Assembly: GCA_903898215.1 (NCBI GenBank)
Contig: CAIUEQ010000288.1
Location: 1 to 42,297, forward strand
DNA from: an uncultured Bacteroidota bacterium
GTDB taxonomy: Bacteria; Bacteroidota; Bacteroidia; UKL13-3
Direction of reading: 5' to 3'
DNA length: 42,297 nucleotides
Shown: one piece after another, positions 19,901-29,415 of the stretch
How positions within the stretch are numbered: the stretch's first letter is position 1
Layout of the letters: the number at the start of each line of letters is the position of its first letter
Translations under genes and position numbers: made by a program
Notes under the pieces: generated by a model
What the model saw: the letters and a program-made list of their open reading frames with translations, nothing else
What the model was told of the DNA's origin: nothing
Database searches by the model: none

Positions 19901-20646
19901 AAAGAGCCATCCATTCTTTTCCCGATATCTTCTCCACTATCAAATCCTTTAGTTATTAAAGCTTGAACTGTTTTGTGAATTCGATCTCCATGAAAAACAG
20001 TGGTAAGATTTTTTCCAATTAGATCATTCATGCTTTTACATCCCCACATTTTTACAAGAGCTTCGTTTGCATATATAATGTTTCCTGAAAGATCAGTCAT
20101 TCCCATTCCGCTTATTGATTTAGAAATGGCTTCTTCTTTTAATTTTAAATTTTTTTCGAAAATTTCTCTTTCCGAAATATCAGTAATATGTGCCAATAAA
20201 AATTTCTCTCCATTGTTTAAAAATGTTTTAAGCACAATACTCACCCAAAAGTTATTGCCGAAAGTACTTTCTGAATCAACTTCGATAATTTGCACCTTGG
20301 AAGTTTTAATGGCTTTTTCGGCAGCTGAAAGCATACCTGATTTTTTCCAAGATTTTATTTTACGAAAATTCTGTTTACAGAGTTGTTCAACAGATCCACC
20401 TGTAATTTTTGCAATTGCTGGGTTTGCATAAACACATATCCCCGACTCAGCTTGATAAATTAATGTTCCTATTGGCGATGCCTCAATAATTTCCTGATTA
20501 AAAATTGTGGAATGAGAAAAACTTTGGGTTGGTTTTGATTTACTTTTTAAGACGGAATCAATTTTTTTAGGTGATAATTTTGATGCAGTTAACCGTGTAG
20601 CATTTTTTTTTGCAGCACCTTTTGGTTTGACAGAATTTTGCTTCAT
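16975..20646 (-). CDS. Cytoplasmic sensor histidine kinase, 5xPAS-GAF-PAS-HisKA-HATPase
   Basis: Six PAS/PAC units ending DI[ST/N]xR/LK; GAF (GPIGKTIREG...GYRSSISIPI); H-box SHNLRSP; NLISNSIKY, DNGLG and GMGL boxes; no TM segment. Start uncertain (ATG 20646 or TTG 20667). Confidence 0.93.
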   Translation of the reverse strand: MKQNSVKPKGAAKKNATRLTASKLSPKKIDSVLKSKSKPTQSFSHSTIFNQEIIEASPIGTLIYQAESGICVYANPAIAKITGGSVEQLCKQNFRKIKSWKKSGMLSAAEKAIKTSKVQIIEVDSESTFGNNFWVSIVLKTFLNNGEKFLLAHITDISEREIFEKNLKLKEEAISKSISGMGMTDLSGNIIYANEALVKMWGCKSMNDLIGKNLTTVFHGDRIHKTVQALITKGFDSGEDIGKRMDGSLFDVEFSANIVFDDSGKPQCMFGSFIDISERKVSEKTLITEQQNLLEQTVNLQKSEANIRSVFDNSFTGFVLMDTDFKVKSFNTIIQKFLEKEFGTEIVIGKNILNFVTGFLNDKFQVELPETLKGNIFKIESNLCGISGMPHWYHIRLFPSLNLHKNIVGVILAVSDINERKVLENELRQSEEDYRKLFENHSAIKYILEPETGKIIDANYAAAKFYGWSREELKKMNIRQINVNKTDEQLRNDLKETHRLNKYNIQVKHQLADGSVRDMEVLGNSVIMGGKSYIHSIIIDITDRKLAEAKIREKDLEFRKLSDNVPDLIFQFSRRIDGTYFVPIASSGIKNLFGCNPEDVVDDFTPIGKVLHPDDAERVIHDIEYSAKNLSYFTCEFRVQIPGKEIQWIYSKSTPEKLDDGTITWYGFNSDITNLKKTEERLLKINRLYEFISQVNYLVLRAQSIENLYHEICDIAIIYGKFYMSWIGLINDKNDSVNAVAWSGHEDGYLKNAFIVSSANTSSGNGPIGKTIREGKTFVSDDIENDPSMAPWRDNALKRGYRSSISIPIKVREKVIGVFVIYSNEKNFFSSKEEIELLEKVTQNISFAINNIQTSEENKIAEKQIIESEEKYRLLIHTMNEGLLSVDNDDVIQYANNRMFQITGYTPSELVGKVAFKIFVDEEQKNLFKEKHNLRLEKKSDTYEIQLRKKNGELIWVSISGTPILDSAGNVVGSIGVHSDISERKAAEKHNKNITDDLIKRNKDLEQFTYIVSHNLRSPVANIKGFNDILKTVELQQTEKDEMLNGVFTSVNKLDDVIQDLNHILQLKQVINEKKEKISFTELVNDIKFFMGLKIGENEVIIKSDFSEIDEMFTLKSYINSVFYNLISNSIKYRRINEDALIDISSKKVDNKFFITFKDNGLGIDLVRNSNKIFGLYKRFHSHTEGKGMGLFMVKTQVETLGGKISVKSEVGKGTEFLIEFDL

Positions 20647-20864
20647 AAATAAATCAAATAAATTCAATACAAAAAAAGTATCGAGAGGGGATTTTCAACT
20701 TTTATATGCAAGCAATGTCTGTATTAAATAATTGCAAATTCATGATTTTGGTCAGGAATAAACATACAAAAAAAAACATAAACACCTACTTCCCTTTAAT
20801 ATACGAGCTATGTTTTGAATAAGGTCGAAAAAAAATATTTCAAGAAACTAAGAGGATACTTTTA

Positions 20865-23252
20865 TCAACTCTCGCTTCGCAATTTTCTTCTATCAACTTC
20901 GATGCCTTTATTTTTTAAAAATCCGGCATTGGAGCGCAAACGTAAAAACCATAATACCCGAACTTCTTTATAGAAAAAATTAGTTGTTTCAATTTTTCTT
21001 TTAAACGTATTATAAAATGCAAAACCAACTGAAGTTGAAGAATTTCCTATGGAATCATGTTTATGAAAATAGATTGGAAATACGCTTTTGGTAACTGTTC
21101 CTGCAACTTTACAATCGGCATATAATAAGTAAAGCAAGCGTCTGTCGTAATCGTGATTATCAAAATTAACAGCACTAAAAAGTGGTCCCAAAATATGATG
21201 ATTGCTATAAATTCCTTGTTGCTTTTTATAGGTATATGCTTGCCACAAAAAATGATAACTTTTAAATTCAGGAGATTTATATTTATAAAAAAATGGAAAT
21301 AATCCCCAGAAATTTGCTTTGCTTGTATTGTTCAACCAAAATATTGGTGCAAGATGAAATGCAGTTTGTATAGCTGATTTTTTATATCCTACAATCGGCC
21401 AAATTAATTGATAACTGTTAGAAGTATCGGTTTTAAAATGCTGGTAAGCGATTAACCCAAATAAATCACTTTGAAGGTGTGAAGGCTTATAATACGAATG
21501 ATAGTATAAAGGGAAAAGCAATGAGGTAGTCCGTTTTTGAGATTCGATATCCCAAAACAACGGAGTAAATACTAAATGATGGTTATGATTGATTTTACTT
21601 TTCCCAAAAGAAAATAATGGAAAAAGTGTTTTTGATTGATACTGTTTATTAAAGAAGGAATGATAAAACGGAAATAAAAATTGCTGTGATGATGATGCAT
21701 TTTTGAAATTTAAAAATGTTGGAAACACATAAAGTGAAAAGTTGTTTGTTGCATCATTGTAACGATATCTGTAAAATGGAAAGAGTGAACGTGTATGGAT
21801 ATTTGATCTGTCTAAATTCCAAAAAACAGGAAATAGCACTGTTGAATTATTTGTATACGCTTTAGAGTAACGCACTTCTCCGGATGATTCATGATAATGC
21901 CAGTAAATAGGAAACAGCACATCAGTTTTCAATTCAAATTTATTTCTGTTTGTGTATTCAAACGACTTTCGATAATGCCAAATTAATGGAAACAATACGT
22001 GATAATTTTCAATACTTGACGAATCAGAATGATGTTTTAACCACCATAATGGAAATAAAAATTTGCGGTCGGTTTTAACATTGGAAATATGCCAATAAAT
22101 TGGTGTGATATTGCTATAAGAAGTTACTATAGAATCCCATGCCCTAAGTATTTTTCCTTTTCCATAAAATGGCATCACCCCAACATAATCATTTGAACTT
22201 TGAAAATGTCCATCATAAAAAGTAACCGAATGATGATTCCAGTAAATTGGAAAAATTGTGGTATTGTTTTTAGAATTATAGTTACTATCATTTAATGATG
22301 GGTTAATGTAATTCACATGACTTTTATTTCTGAAATACACTGGAAACAAAACAGTGCTGTGAATGGTATCATTTTTTAAAGTTTGATTCTTTTTCCAATA
22401 AACAGGAACCACAAAATGAAAATTATAACTCGGCTTATTGATGTTCCATACAAATGGAGTAAACCCATAAAATGTTTTATGCTGTACGTTATTTTTTCCG
22501 TAGCCAAAAAAAGGCATCATCAAAAATGAGCTATGTTCTGGCCTTTGATAACGCCATACAATAGGGAAAACTACATCATTTTTAATATCAACATTTCGTT
22601 TCCTGAAATAAAATGGAAAGGCTGTAAACCTATTGTTGTTTTCGGCTTTATGCTTGAAAAAAAATATTGGGAAAACCCATGTTGATGAGTTAGATAAATT
22701 AGCCTGACGAAAATAAAATGGCACTAAACTGCTAGTTGATTCTGCTTTATTTCGGTAATAATAATAAAGTGGGAAAACCATAAATTCAGACTTATCGTTT
22801 ACTTTATCATTTTTATACCACAGAAAAAACAATAGATTATTTTTTAAGTAATCACCATTATCTGATCGTGAGTATTCTAATAAATCGATGCCGGGAACAA
22901 TTTCCAATACTTTATACGATTGAATTCTTGAAATAAAATTATTGGTATACCTATAAACACTCGGATAATATAAACTTCCAACTCTGACATCTTTTTTTAG
23001 TGAATTAAAACTGTAGGTATAAACAGGAAGTAGATGAGTATGAAGATCGTTATTGATTAAATTTTTTCGGTAAGTAAAAAGTGAAGCTGCAACTTGTACT
23101 CGTTTTTCGGAATCTGTTTTATCACGATAAACTATCGGCCATAAATGTATGTTTCTTCCACGGGTAATTCCGAAATCCGATTTCATGTCGTCTTGAGCAA
23201 ATGCATGAAACGAGAGTAAAATAATCGTACATATGGTAAAAAACTTCTTCAA
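20865..23252 (-). CDS. Exported aromatic-rich repeat protein, about 30 copies of a roughly 17-aa 'FP' motif; function unknown
   Basis: 795-aa ORF with TTG start and signal peptide (..HAFA-QDD); recurring [VLI]-F-P-[FILV]-[YFW]. Confidence 0.85.
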   Translation of the reverse strand: MKKFFTICTIILLSFHAFAQDDMKSDFGITRGRNIHLWPIVYRDKTDSEKRVQVAASLFTYRKNLINNDLHTHLLPVYTYSFNSLKKDVRVGSLYYPSVYRYTNNFISRIQSYKVLEIVPGIDLLEYSRSDNGDYLKNNLLFFLWYKNDKVNDKSEFMVFPLYYYYRNKAESTSSLVPFYFRQANLSNSSTWVFPIFFFKHKAENNNRFTAFPFYFRKRNVDIKNDVVFPIVWRYQRPEHSSFLMMPFFGYGKNNVQHKTFYGFTPFVWNINKPSYNFHFVVPVYWKKNQTLKNDTIHSTVLFPVYFRNKSHVNYINPSLNDSNYNSKNNTTIFPIYWNHHSVTFYDGHFQSSNDYVGVMPFYGKGKILRAWDSIVTSYSNITPIYWHISNVKTDRKFLFPLWWLKHHSDSSSIENYHVLFPLIWHYRKSFEYTNRNKFELKTDVLFPIYWHYHESSGEVRYSKAYTNNSTVLFPVFWNLDRSNIHTRSLFPFYRYRYNDATNNFSLYVFPTFLNFKNASSSQQFLFPFYHSFFNKQYQSKTLFPLFSFGKSKINHNHHLVFTPLFWDIESQKRTTSLLFPLYYHSYYKPSHLQSDLFGLIAYQHFKTDTSNSYQLIWPIVGYKKSAIQTAFHLAPIFWLNNTSKANFWGLFPFFYKYKSPEFKSYHFLWQAYTYKKQQGIYSNHHILGPLFSAVNFDNHDYDRRLLYLLYADCKVAGTVTKSVFPIYFHKHDSIGNSSTSVGFAFYNTFKRKIETTNFFYKEVRVLWFLRLRSNAGFLKNKGIEVDRRKLRSES

Positions 23253-23302
23253 TAGAAATAAATTGTTTCAAGCAGTTTTATAATCTATCCGTTACAATAC
23301 CT

Positions 23303-23947
23303 TCAATTAAAACTTTTAAAATCCTGAAATGCTTGTATCAGCACATCTAATCTAATGGTATGTTTACGCTTGCCAACCCAAAGTGTGGTAGTTGCTAATT
23401 CAAGAGGGTCAGAAAAAACTTTTTTCTCGATACTTACAAATACATCATTTTGAATTGTCAGATCAATAGAACTTGAAGAGCCAACTGGCGGTGCTGCTTT
23501 ACTAAATTCAAATTTTAATTTATCGACATTGGCCAAAAACGTATTGCAATTTTCAACAGAAATAGTTGTGAAGTAAATCGACAAATCTCCTAACTGTCTG
23601 ATAAAATCGTTTCCACGAACATTTGTATAAAGGTCGTTCACATCAAAATAATATAGGCTATCGTACAAGTAAAACTGTTTTGCAATTTTATGAGAACCAA
23701 TAACCAGACATTTTAAATTATCACTTTTAAAAGCCACTAATTCGATCTGAGCTTTATTGGTCATCTCTTGCTCACGAAACAATAATTTAGTTTTGCTTGA
23801 AATGATTCTACCCGTTTCGTGTTGCTGAAGATTATTTTTAATATAATAATCGTAAACGTTTGTAACCGAATTACTGCAAGATGTGAGTATGGTTACTGAA
23901 ATAATAATGTAAAAAATTATGTTGCTGTTTTTGACGCGAAATTTCAT
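23303..23947 (-). CDS. Hypothetical lipoprotein
   Basis: 214-aa ORF with a hydrophobic leader ending ILTSC. Confidence 0.75.
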   Translation of the reverse strand: MKFRVKNSNIIFYIIISVTILTSCSNSVTNVYDYYIKNNLQQHETGRIISSKTKLLFREQEMTNKAQIELVAFKSDNLKCLVIGSHKIAKQFYLYDSLYYFDVNDLYTNVRGNDFIRQLGDLSIYFTTISVENCNTFLANVDKLKFEFSKAAPPVGSSSSIDLTIQNDVFVSIEKKVFSDPLELATTTLWVGKRKHTIRLDVLIQAFQDFKSFN

Positions 23948-24001
23948 AAATTTTTTCTAAAGAATACAACCAAATTTATTCATTTGTCCATAATAAAAAA
24001 A

Positions 24002-24427
24002 TCATTCCCCATAATATTCTACAAATTGATTTTCGGTTTCAAATAATTTTATGCAATGAAGCTTTCCATTTTCGATATGAGGTTCGAGCTGTTTCCAAAT
24101 CTCCACAACAATATTTTCGATACTTGCCATCTTGCCTTTCATAAAATCAACATCCAAATTGATATTCTTATGGTCGATTTTATCTAATACAAATTCATGC
24201 ATCACATCCTTTAATTTTCTTAAGTCCATCACCATTCCTGTATTTTCATCAGCAACACCTTTTAGGGTAACATAAATATCAAAATTATGACCATGGTAAT
24301 TTTTATTGGCACATTTTCCAAAAAACTGCTCATTCTGTTCATCTGTCCAACGTGGATTAAACAATCGGTGAGCAGCATTAAAATGAGCTTTACGGGTAAT
24401 ATAAACGATGTTTTTTTTATCTGACAT
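24002..24427 (-). CDS. 6-pyruvoyl-tetrahydropterin synthase/QueD family protein with a C-x5-HGH motif
   Basis: FNAAHRL, KCANKNYHGHNF, GMVMD, DHKNINLD and ETENQ motifs; probable start ATG 24427. Confidence 0.9.
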   Translation of the reverse strand: MSDKKNIVYITRKAHFNAAHRLFNPRWTDEQNEQFFGKCANKNYHGHNFDIYVTLKGVADENTGMVMDLRKLKDVMHEFVLDKIDHKNINLDVDFMKGKMASIENIVVEIWKQLEPHIENGKLHCIKLFETENQFVEYYGE

Positions 24428-24448
24428 CCTATTTAAATTTTTGTGCAG

Positions 24449-24456
24449 CAAATATA
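24449..24456 (-). promoter_or_regulatory. -7 promoter box for the PTPS gene
   Basis: TATATTTG on the minus strand, about 20 nt upstream of the ATG. Confidence 0.5.
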
Positions 24457-24560
24457 CTCACCTATCGGAAACACACTAACATACGTCAGCATTTTATTCC
24501 TATTTAAAAATCATAAGGCTTTTCTTAAATATGAACTGCTGTAAATGTTCCTAGAATCAT

Positions 24561-24568
24561 TATTTTTG
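24561..24568 (+). promoter_or_regulatory. -7 promoter box for hldD
   Basis: TATTTTTG 20 nt upstream of the ATG, divergent from the PTPS promoter. Confidence 0.5.
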
Positions 24569-24588
24569 AGCGTTTAACAAATAATCAG

Positions 24589-25554
24589 ATGATCATAATC
24601 ACAGGTGCCGAAGGGTTTATAGGAAGTTGCCTTGTTGCTAAATTAAACGAAGATGGGTTTAACGACCTTATTCTTGTTGATGATTTCAGCGATGGTGAAC
24701 GTTCGAAGAATATCACAGAAAAAAAATATACTGCAAAAATTGAGCGCAAAGAATTCTTTGATTGGTTAGATAAAAACGAACATCTAGTAGAATTTATATT
24801 TCATATCGGAGCAAGAACTGACACTACCGAAAGTGATGAAAAAATATTCAAAGAGCTGAATCTTGATTTTTCAAAGACACTTTGGAATGCTTGCGTTAAA
24901 TATGGATTGCCATTGGTTTACGCATCTTCAGCGGCAACTTATGGTGATGGTGAATTTGGTTATGATGATGACACAAAATTACTTGACCAATTACAGCCGA
25001 TGAATCCATACGGTCGCTCAAAAAATGATTTCGATAAATGGGCAGTTACACAAAATGATGTTCCGTTTTTTTGGGCAGGATTGAAATTTTTTAATGTATA
25101 CGGACCGAATGAATACCATAAAGGACGAATGGCATCAGTTGTGTTACATGCCTTCAACCAAATAAAAGAAACAGGAAAAGTAAAACTGTTTAGATCACAT
25201 AAACCTGACTTTAATGATGGTGAACAAATGCGTGATTTTATTTATGTGAAAGATTTGTGTGATGTCTGTGTTTTCTTAATGACAAATCGTAAACATAGCG
25301 GTATCTATAATTTAGGAAGCGGTAAAGCCCGAACTTTTAAAGATCTGGTAAAAGGAATTTTTGTTGCTCTTAACATAACACCACAAATTGAGTTCATAGA
25401 TACCCCTGAAGATATCAGAGAAAAATATCAGTATTTTACAGAAGCAAAAATGGAAAAATTGAAAAGTATTGGCTATACAAAACCTTTCACAAGTGTTGAA
25501 GATGGTGTAATGGATTATGTGAAAAATTATTTACAGCTGAATAAACGTTGGTAA
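24589..25554 (+). CDS. hldD: ADP-L-glycero-D-manno-heptose 6-epimerase
   Basis: TGAEGFIGS, YASSAATYG, YGRSK, FFNVYGPNEYHKGRMASV and KYQYFTEA motifs. Confidence 0.95.
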   Translation: MIIITGAEGFIGSCLVAKLNEDGFNDLILVDDFSDGERSKNITEKKYTAKIERKEFFDWLDKNEHLVEFIFHIGARTDTTESDEKIFKELNLDFSKTLWNACVKYGLPLVYASSAATYGDGEFGYDDDTKLLDQLQPMNPYGRSKNDFDKWAVTQNDVPFFWAGLKFFNVYGPNEYHKGRMASVVLHAFNQIKETGKVKLFRSHKPDFNDGEQMRDFIYVKDLCDVCVFLMTNRKHSGIYNLGSGKARTFKDLVKGIFVALNITPQIEFIDTPEDIREKYQYFTEAKMEKLKSIGYTKPFTSVEDGVMDYVKNYLQLNKRW

Positions 25555-25569
25555 AAACCAAAAAAAATA

Positions 25570-25646
25570 ACACAAAGGCACAAAAGATTAAATTAGAATA
25601 ACGGTAACACTTTGTGTAATTAAATAATTTTTCCTTTGTGATTTAG
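25570..25646. repeat. Short degenerate ACACAAAG-type direct and inverted repeats
   Basis: ACACAAAGGCACAAAAG followed by inverse copies CTTTGTGT and CTTTGTG. Confidence 0.45.
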
Positions 25647-25686
25647 TATAGAAAAAACATAAACAAATTTGTAATTATAAAAGTAT

Positions 25687-28600
25687 TTGAAAATTCAGTT
25701 CAAACATTATTGGTTATTACTTACTGCAGGGCTTTTGGCTTTTTCATTACTGGTGTGGCTCGAGCATAAACAAAACAGTAATGTTGAATTTCAAACTCAA
25801 AAAGCTTATTCCGAAACACAAAGGATCATCAATGAGAAAGAGTTAACCTTCGTAAAAATTACCAACAAATTAATTCCTGATTCATCAAAACTTCAACGCA
25901 ATTGGACTTCCATTATTGAAATTGCTCATGATGAAAATATTATTATTCAAGTTTATAAAAACGATACCATAATTGTTTGGAGCAGCAATGAAATTGATAC
26001 CAAGCAATGTTTAAGTGAATTTAAAACCGGGTCGAGTTTTTATCAGGGTGTGAATGGAAATTATTTAGCCTACAAAAATACAACAGGCTCTTTTTCCTAT
26101 GTTTTGCTGTATGCGATAAACTCTAATTATGCGTTTAAAAATCAATACATCAATAATCATTTTAATACCGAGCTCTCATTTATAAAAGATGGTTTTGTAC
26201 TTCCAAAAGCTGTCGAAAATTTTAAAGACATTAAAGACATCACAGGAAATTATCTTTTCTCCATACAAATTTTTACGTCTTCAGAAAAAATAAATCATGC
26301 CATTTCCATCCTTTTATTGATTGTAATCTTAATCAATTTACTGCTCATACATTTAATTGCTAGGAACTATATTCAAAAATATTTTTGGCAAACATCTGTC
26401 ATCTTTTTTGCAGCATTTTTTATTATTCGTTGGGTTAATATTTATTTCCAATTGCCTGTTTCCATTTATGAAATAAAATTGTTTGACCCTTCTATTTATG
26501 CTTCATCATTGTGGTTTCCGTCACTCGGAGATTTATTGATTGATACCATTATTTGTTTTTGGTATTTGATTATTTTAGAAAATGTGTCTTCCAAAAAAGC
26601 TAAAACTGAAGCTGCTACTTCAGGAATAAAATGGTTTTGGGTAAAATTTATTTCATTATTATTACTTTCTCTTGCAAGTGCTCACCTCGCATTCAGTTCA
26701 ATTAAAAGTTTAACCATCGATTCGCAGATATCTTTTAATGTGAGCAATTTTGCTTTAGTAAATCAGTTTACTCTTGTAGGAATTATTGTTGCTATTCTAT
26801 TACTATTATCGGTGTATTTTATATGCAGAAATTTTGTAAGAACTACTCAAAGTCGTGATGAAAAAAATATAGCATTGATGGTTAGTGTTGGAGTTTTTAT
26901 CACTCTTACTTATACCCTCTTTGTAAAATATTATTTCAAAACAGATACCTTTCAATTACTGCTTCCGGTAAGCATACTCGCAACCTTCATCCTGTTTAAA
27001 CTTTTTATCAAACAGCTAAATCGCTTCCCTCAATATTTTGTTGTCGTATTTATTATTTCAGGATTTATCTCCATCACAATTACTCATTGGGTGAATATTA
27101 AAGAAAGGGATAATAGGAAACTATTTGCAGGAAAACTTGTCACGCAAAATGATATTACTACAGATTATTTTTTAAGAACAATTGAGAAAAAAATAGCCGA
27201 TGATAAAAATATCACAGATTATTTTTTGTACTTTTTTACAAAATCAAAATTTGAAAAACGTATCAAACAGCTATATTTTACAGGATATTTAAGCAGGTTT
27301 GAAGTAAGTGTTTTGGATTATGATACTTTAGGTTTTGACCTGAAACAAAAAAATTCGTACAGCTATTCTCAGATAAATAAAACCTACGAAAAACAAACTC
27401 TCGAAACCATTGATACCTATTTCAGATACATCAATGGAAGTTCAACCTTAAAAGGATATTTGGCAAAATTTACGGTTCAGAAAAAAGGAAACCGTGTAGG
27501 ATATTTATTCATTTTATTGCAACCAAAATTAATTCAGGATGAAAACAGATTTGATGAATTACTAATTGAAGGCTTTCGTCAAAATAAGAAGAAAATATTT
27601 GATTATTCGTATGCCGTTTATAAAGATAAACATCTGATTTTTCAAAGTGGCGATTATCCCTATCGAATTACAAATACCTGGGGTGAAGCTAGAGACAGCT
27701 TCAGGTTTTTTACTGAGAATAATTTTGATCATGTACTTTTTACCGATTCACAACCTCTTACCATTGCTGTTAGTAAACCTGCCGATTCAGTGATTCAGAG
27801 TGTTGCTTTATTCTCTTTTATATTTACGTTTTGTACGTTAATTCTGATTTTCATTTTATTTATTTACATCGGTATCAATGCGAAGTTTTTCAGGAAAAAT
27901 AAATTGCTGGAAAATTCATTCTCACGTAAAATCAGAAATGTTTTTAACCATTTTCTGTTGGTAGAAAATCCTGATATTTTATACATACGTACACGAATTC
28001 AAACTTCAATTATTTTCATCGTATTTGTTACGCTAGCGTCAACATCCTATTTCACTGTTTCATTCATCACTCAAAAATACAATAGCCGACAAACGGAACG
28101 ATTGATGAAAAAATTACGCAACGTGGCAATCACTATCGAAAATGAAAATATCACCGAGATGGATGATAAATCAAGTGGTGAGCTCGAAGCGTTTATAAAC
28201 CAAATAGCAGATGTGTATGACACTGACGTAACTTTGTATGATGTAAATGGAAAGGTAATGGCTTCAAGCATTGGAAAAATTTATGATGAAGGAATTGTTT
28301 CAGAGTTGATGAATCCTGGAGCATTTTTTCATCTCAATTTTTTAAAAGAATCACAGTTTAGCCAGAACGAAAATATTGCAGCATTGGATTTTCAAGCAGC
28401 ATATTCACCGGTATTCAGAAAAAAATCAGAACTTTTGGGTTACCTGCAACTTCCATATTTTAGTCAGAAATCAGATCTCCTCAATGAAATTTCTTCTATC
28501 ATCATCGGCTTTATAAATTTGTATGTTCTGTTATTTATCATCATCGGAATTATCGCTTATTTAGTTTCACGAAATATTTCTTATCCGTTAATTCTTATTC

Positions 28601-29415
28601 AACAAAAATTATCACGCACCGTTTTGGGAAGTAAAAATGAACCCATCAACTGGCATCGTGATGATGAAATTGGAGAACTTGTAAAACAGTATAATTCGAT
28701 GATCTTACAACTCGAGGAAAGCGCAAAAAAACTTGCTGAAACTGAACGGGAAGGCGCTTGGAGAGAAATAGCCCGACAAATAGCTCACGAAATAAAAAAT
28801 CCACTCACACCGATGAAGCTTAGCATTCAACACTTGCAAAGGGCTTTTAAAAACAAGGATGAGAATATTGAAGATAAAATAAATCGCACAACAAATTTAT
28901 TGGTAAACCAAATTGATACGTTAAGTGAACTTGCAACCGAATTTTCATCGTACGCAAAAATGCCTGCACCGAGTTATGAAAAGTTAAATGTAAAAAACTC
29001 ACTCGATCAACTTGTTGAACTTTATAGTGCCAATACCGACACCAAAATATTTTTAGAATGTGATGATCACATAGAAATAAATTTCGATCGTTCATACCTG
29101 AGCAGAAGTGTTGGAAACATCGTTAAAAATGCAATCCAGTCGATTCCTGAAGACAAGGAAGGAAAAGTTGAAATTACTGTTACCGAAGATAATGAAACCA
29201 TCACCATCAACGTTAAAGACAACGGTAGTGGTATTACTGATGAGCAAGCTGAGAAAATATTTATGCCCTATTTCAGTACAAAAATAAGTGGCATGGGACT
29301 CGGACTACCATTGGTAAAAAATATGATAGAAAGCGGAGGAGGAAAAATAAGTTTCAAAACAATGCTGGATATCGGTACAGAATTTACAATTACACTACCA
29401 AAGAATACAACCTGA
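25687..29415 (+). CDS. Large multi-TM sensor histidine kinase (NtrY-like HAMP-HisKA-HATPase core)
   Basis: Many TM helices; HAMP (DEIGELVKQYNSM); AWREIARQIAHEIKNPLTP H-box; KNAIQ, DNGSG, PYFSTK and GMGLGL boxes. Confidence 0.93.
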   Translation: MKIQFKHYWLLLTAGLLAFSLLVWLEHKQNSNVEFQTQKAYSETQRIINEKELTFVKITNKLIPDSSKLQRNWTSIIEIAHDENIIIQVYKNDTIIVWSSNEIDTKQCLSEFKTGSSFYQGVNGNYLAYKNTTGSFSYVLLYAINSNYAFKNQYINNHFNTELSFIKDGFVLPKAVENFKDIKDITGNYLFSIQIFTSSEKINHAISILLLIVILINLLLIHLIARNYIQKYFWQTSVIFFAAFFIIRWVNIYFQLPVSIYEIKLFDPSIYASSLWFPSLGDLLIDTIICFWYLIILENVSSKKAKTEAATSGIKWFWVKFISLLLLSLASAHLAFSSIKSLTIDSQISFNVSNFALVNQFTLVGIIVAILLLLSVYFICRNFVRTTQSRDEKNIALMVSVGVFITLTYTLFVKYYFKTDTFQLLLPVSILATFILFKLFIKQLNRFPQYFVVVFIISGFISITITHWVNIKERDNRKLFAGKLVTQNDITTDYFLRTIEKKIADDKNITDYFLYFFTKSKFEKRIKQLYFTGYLSRFEVSVLDYDTLGFDLKQKNSYSYSQINKTYEKQTLETIDTYFRYINGSSTLKGYLAKFTVQKKGNRVGYLFILLQPKLIQDENRFDELLIEGFRQNKKKIFDYSYAVYKDKHLIFQSGDYPYRITNTWGEARDSFRFFTENNFDHVLFTDSQPLTIAVSKPADSVIQSVALFSFIFTFCTLILIFILFIYIGINAKFFRKNKLLENSFSRKIRNVFNHFLLVENPDILYIRTRIQTSIIFIVFVTLASTSYFTVSFITQKYNSRQTERLMKKLRNVAITIENENITEMDDKSSGELEAFINQIADVYDTDVTLYDVNGKVMASSIGKIYDEGIVSELMNPGAFFHLNFLKESQFSQNENIAALDFQAAYSPVFRKKSELLGYLQLPYFSQKSDLLNEISSIIIGFINLYVLLFIIIGIIAYLVSRNISYPLILIQQKLSRTVLGSKNEPINWHRDDEIGELVKQYNSMILQLEESAKKLAETEREGAWREIARQIAHEIKNPLTPMKLSIQHLQRAFKNKDENIEDKINRTTNLLVNQIDTLSELATEFSSYAKMPAPSYEKLNVKNSLDQLVELYSANTDTKIFLECDDHIEINFDRSYLSRSVGNIVKNAIQSIPEDKEGKVEITVTEDNETITINVKDNGSGITDEQAEKIFMPYFSTKISGMGLGLPLVKNMIESGGGKISFKTMLDIGTEFTITLPKNTT

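Noticed and set aside
20340-20385. KQNFRKI in the first PAS domain as a LOV photoreceptor motif
   Set aside because: It lacks the photoactive Cys of GxNCRFLQ and the following residues do not match.
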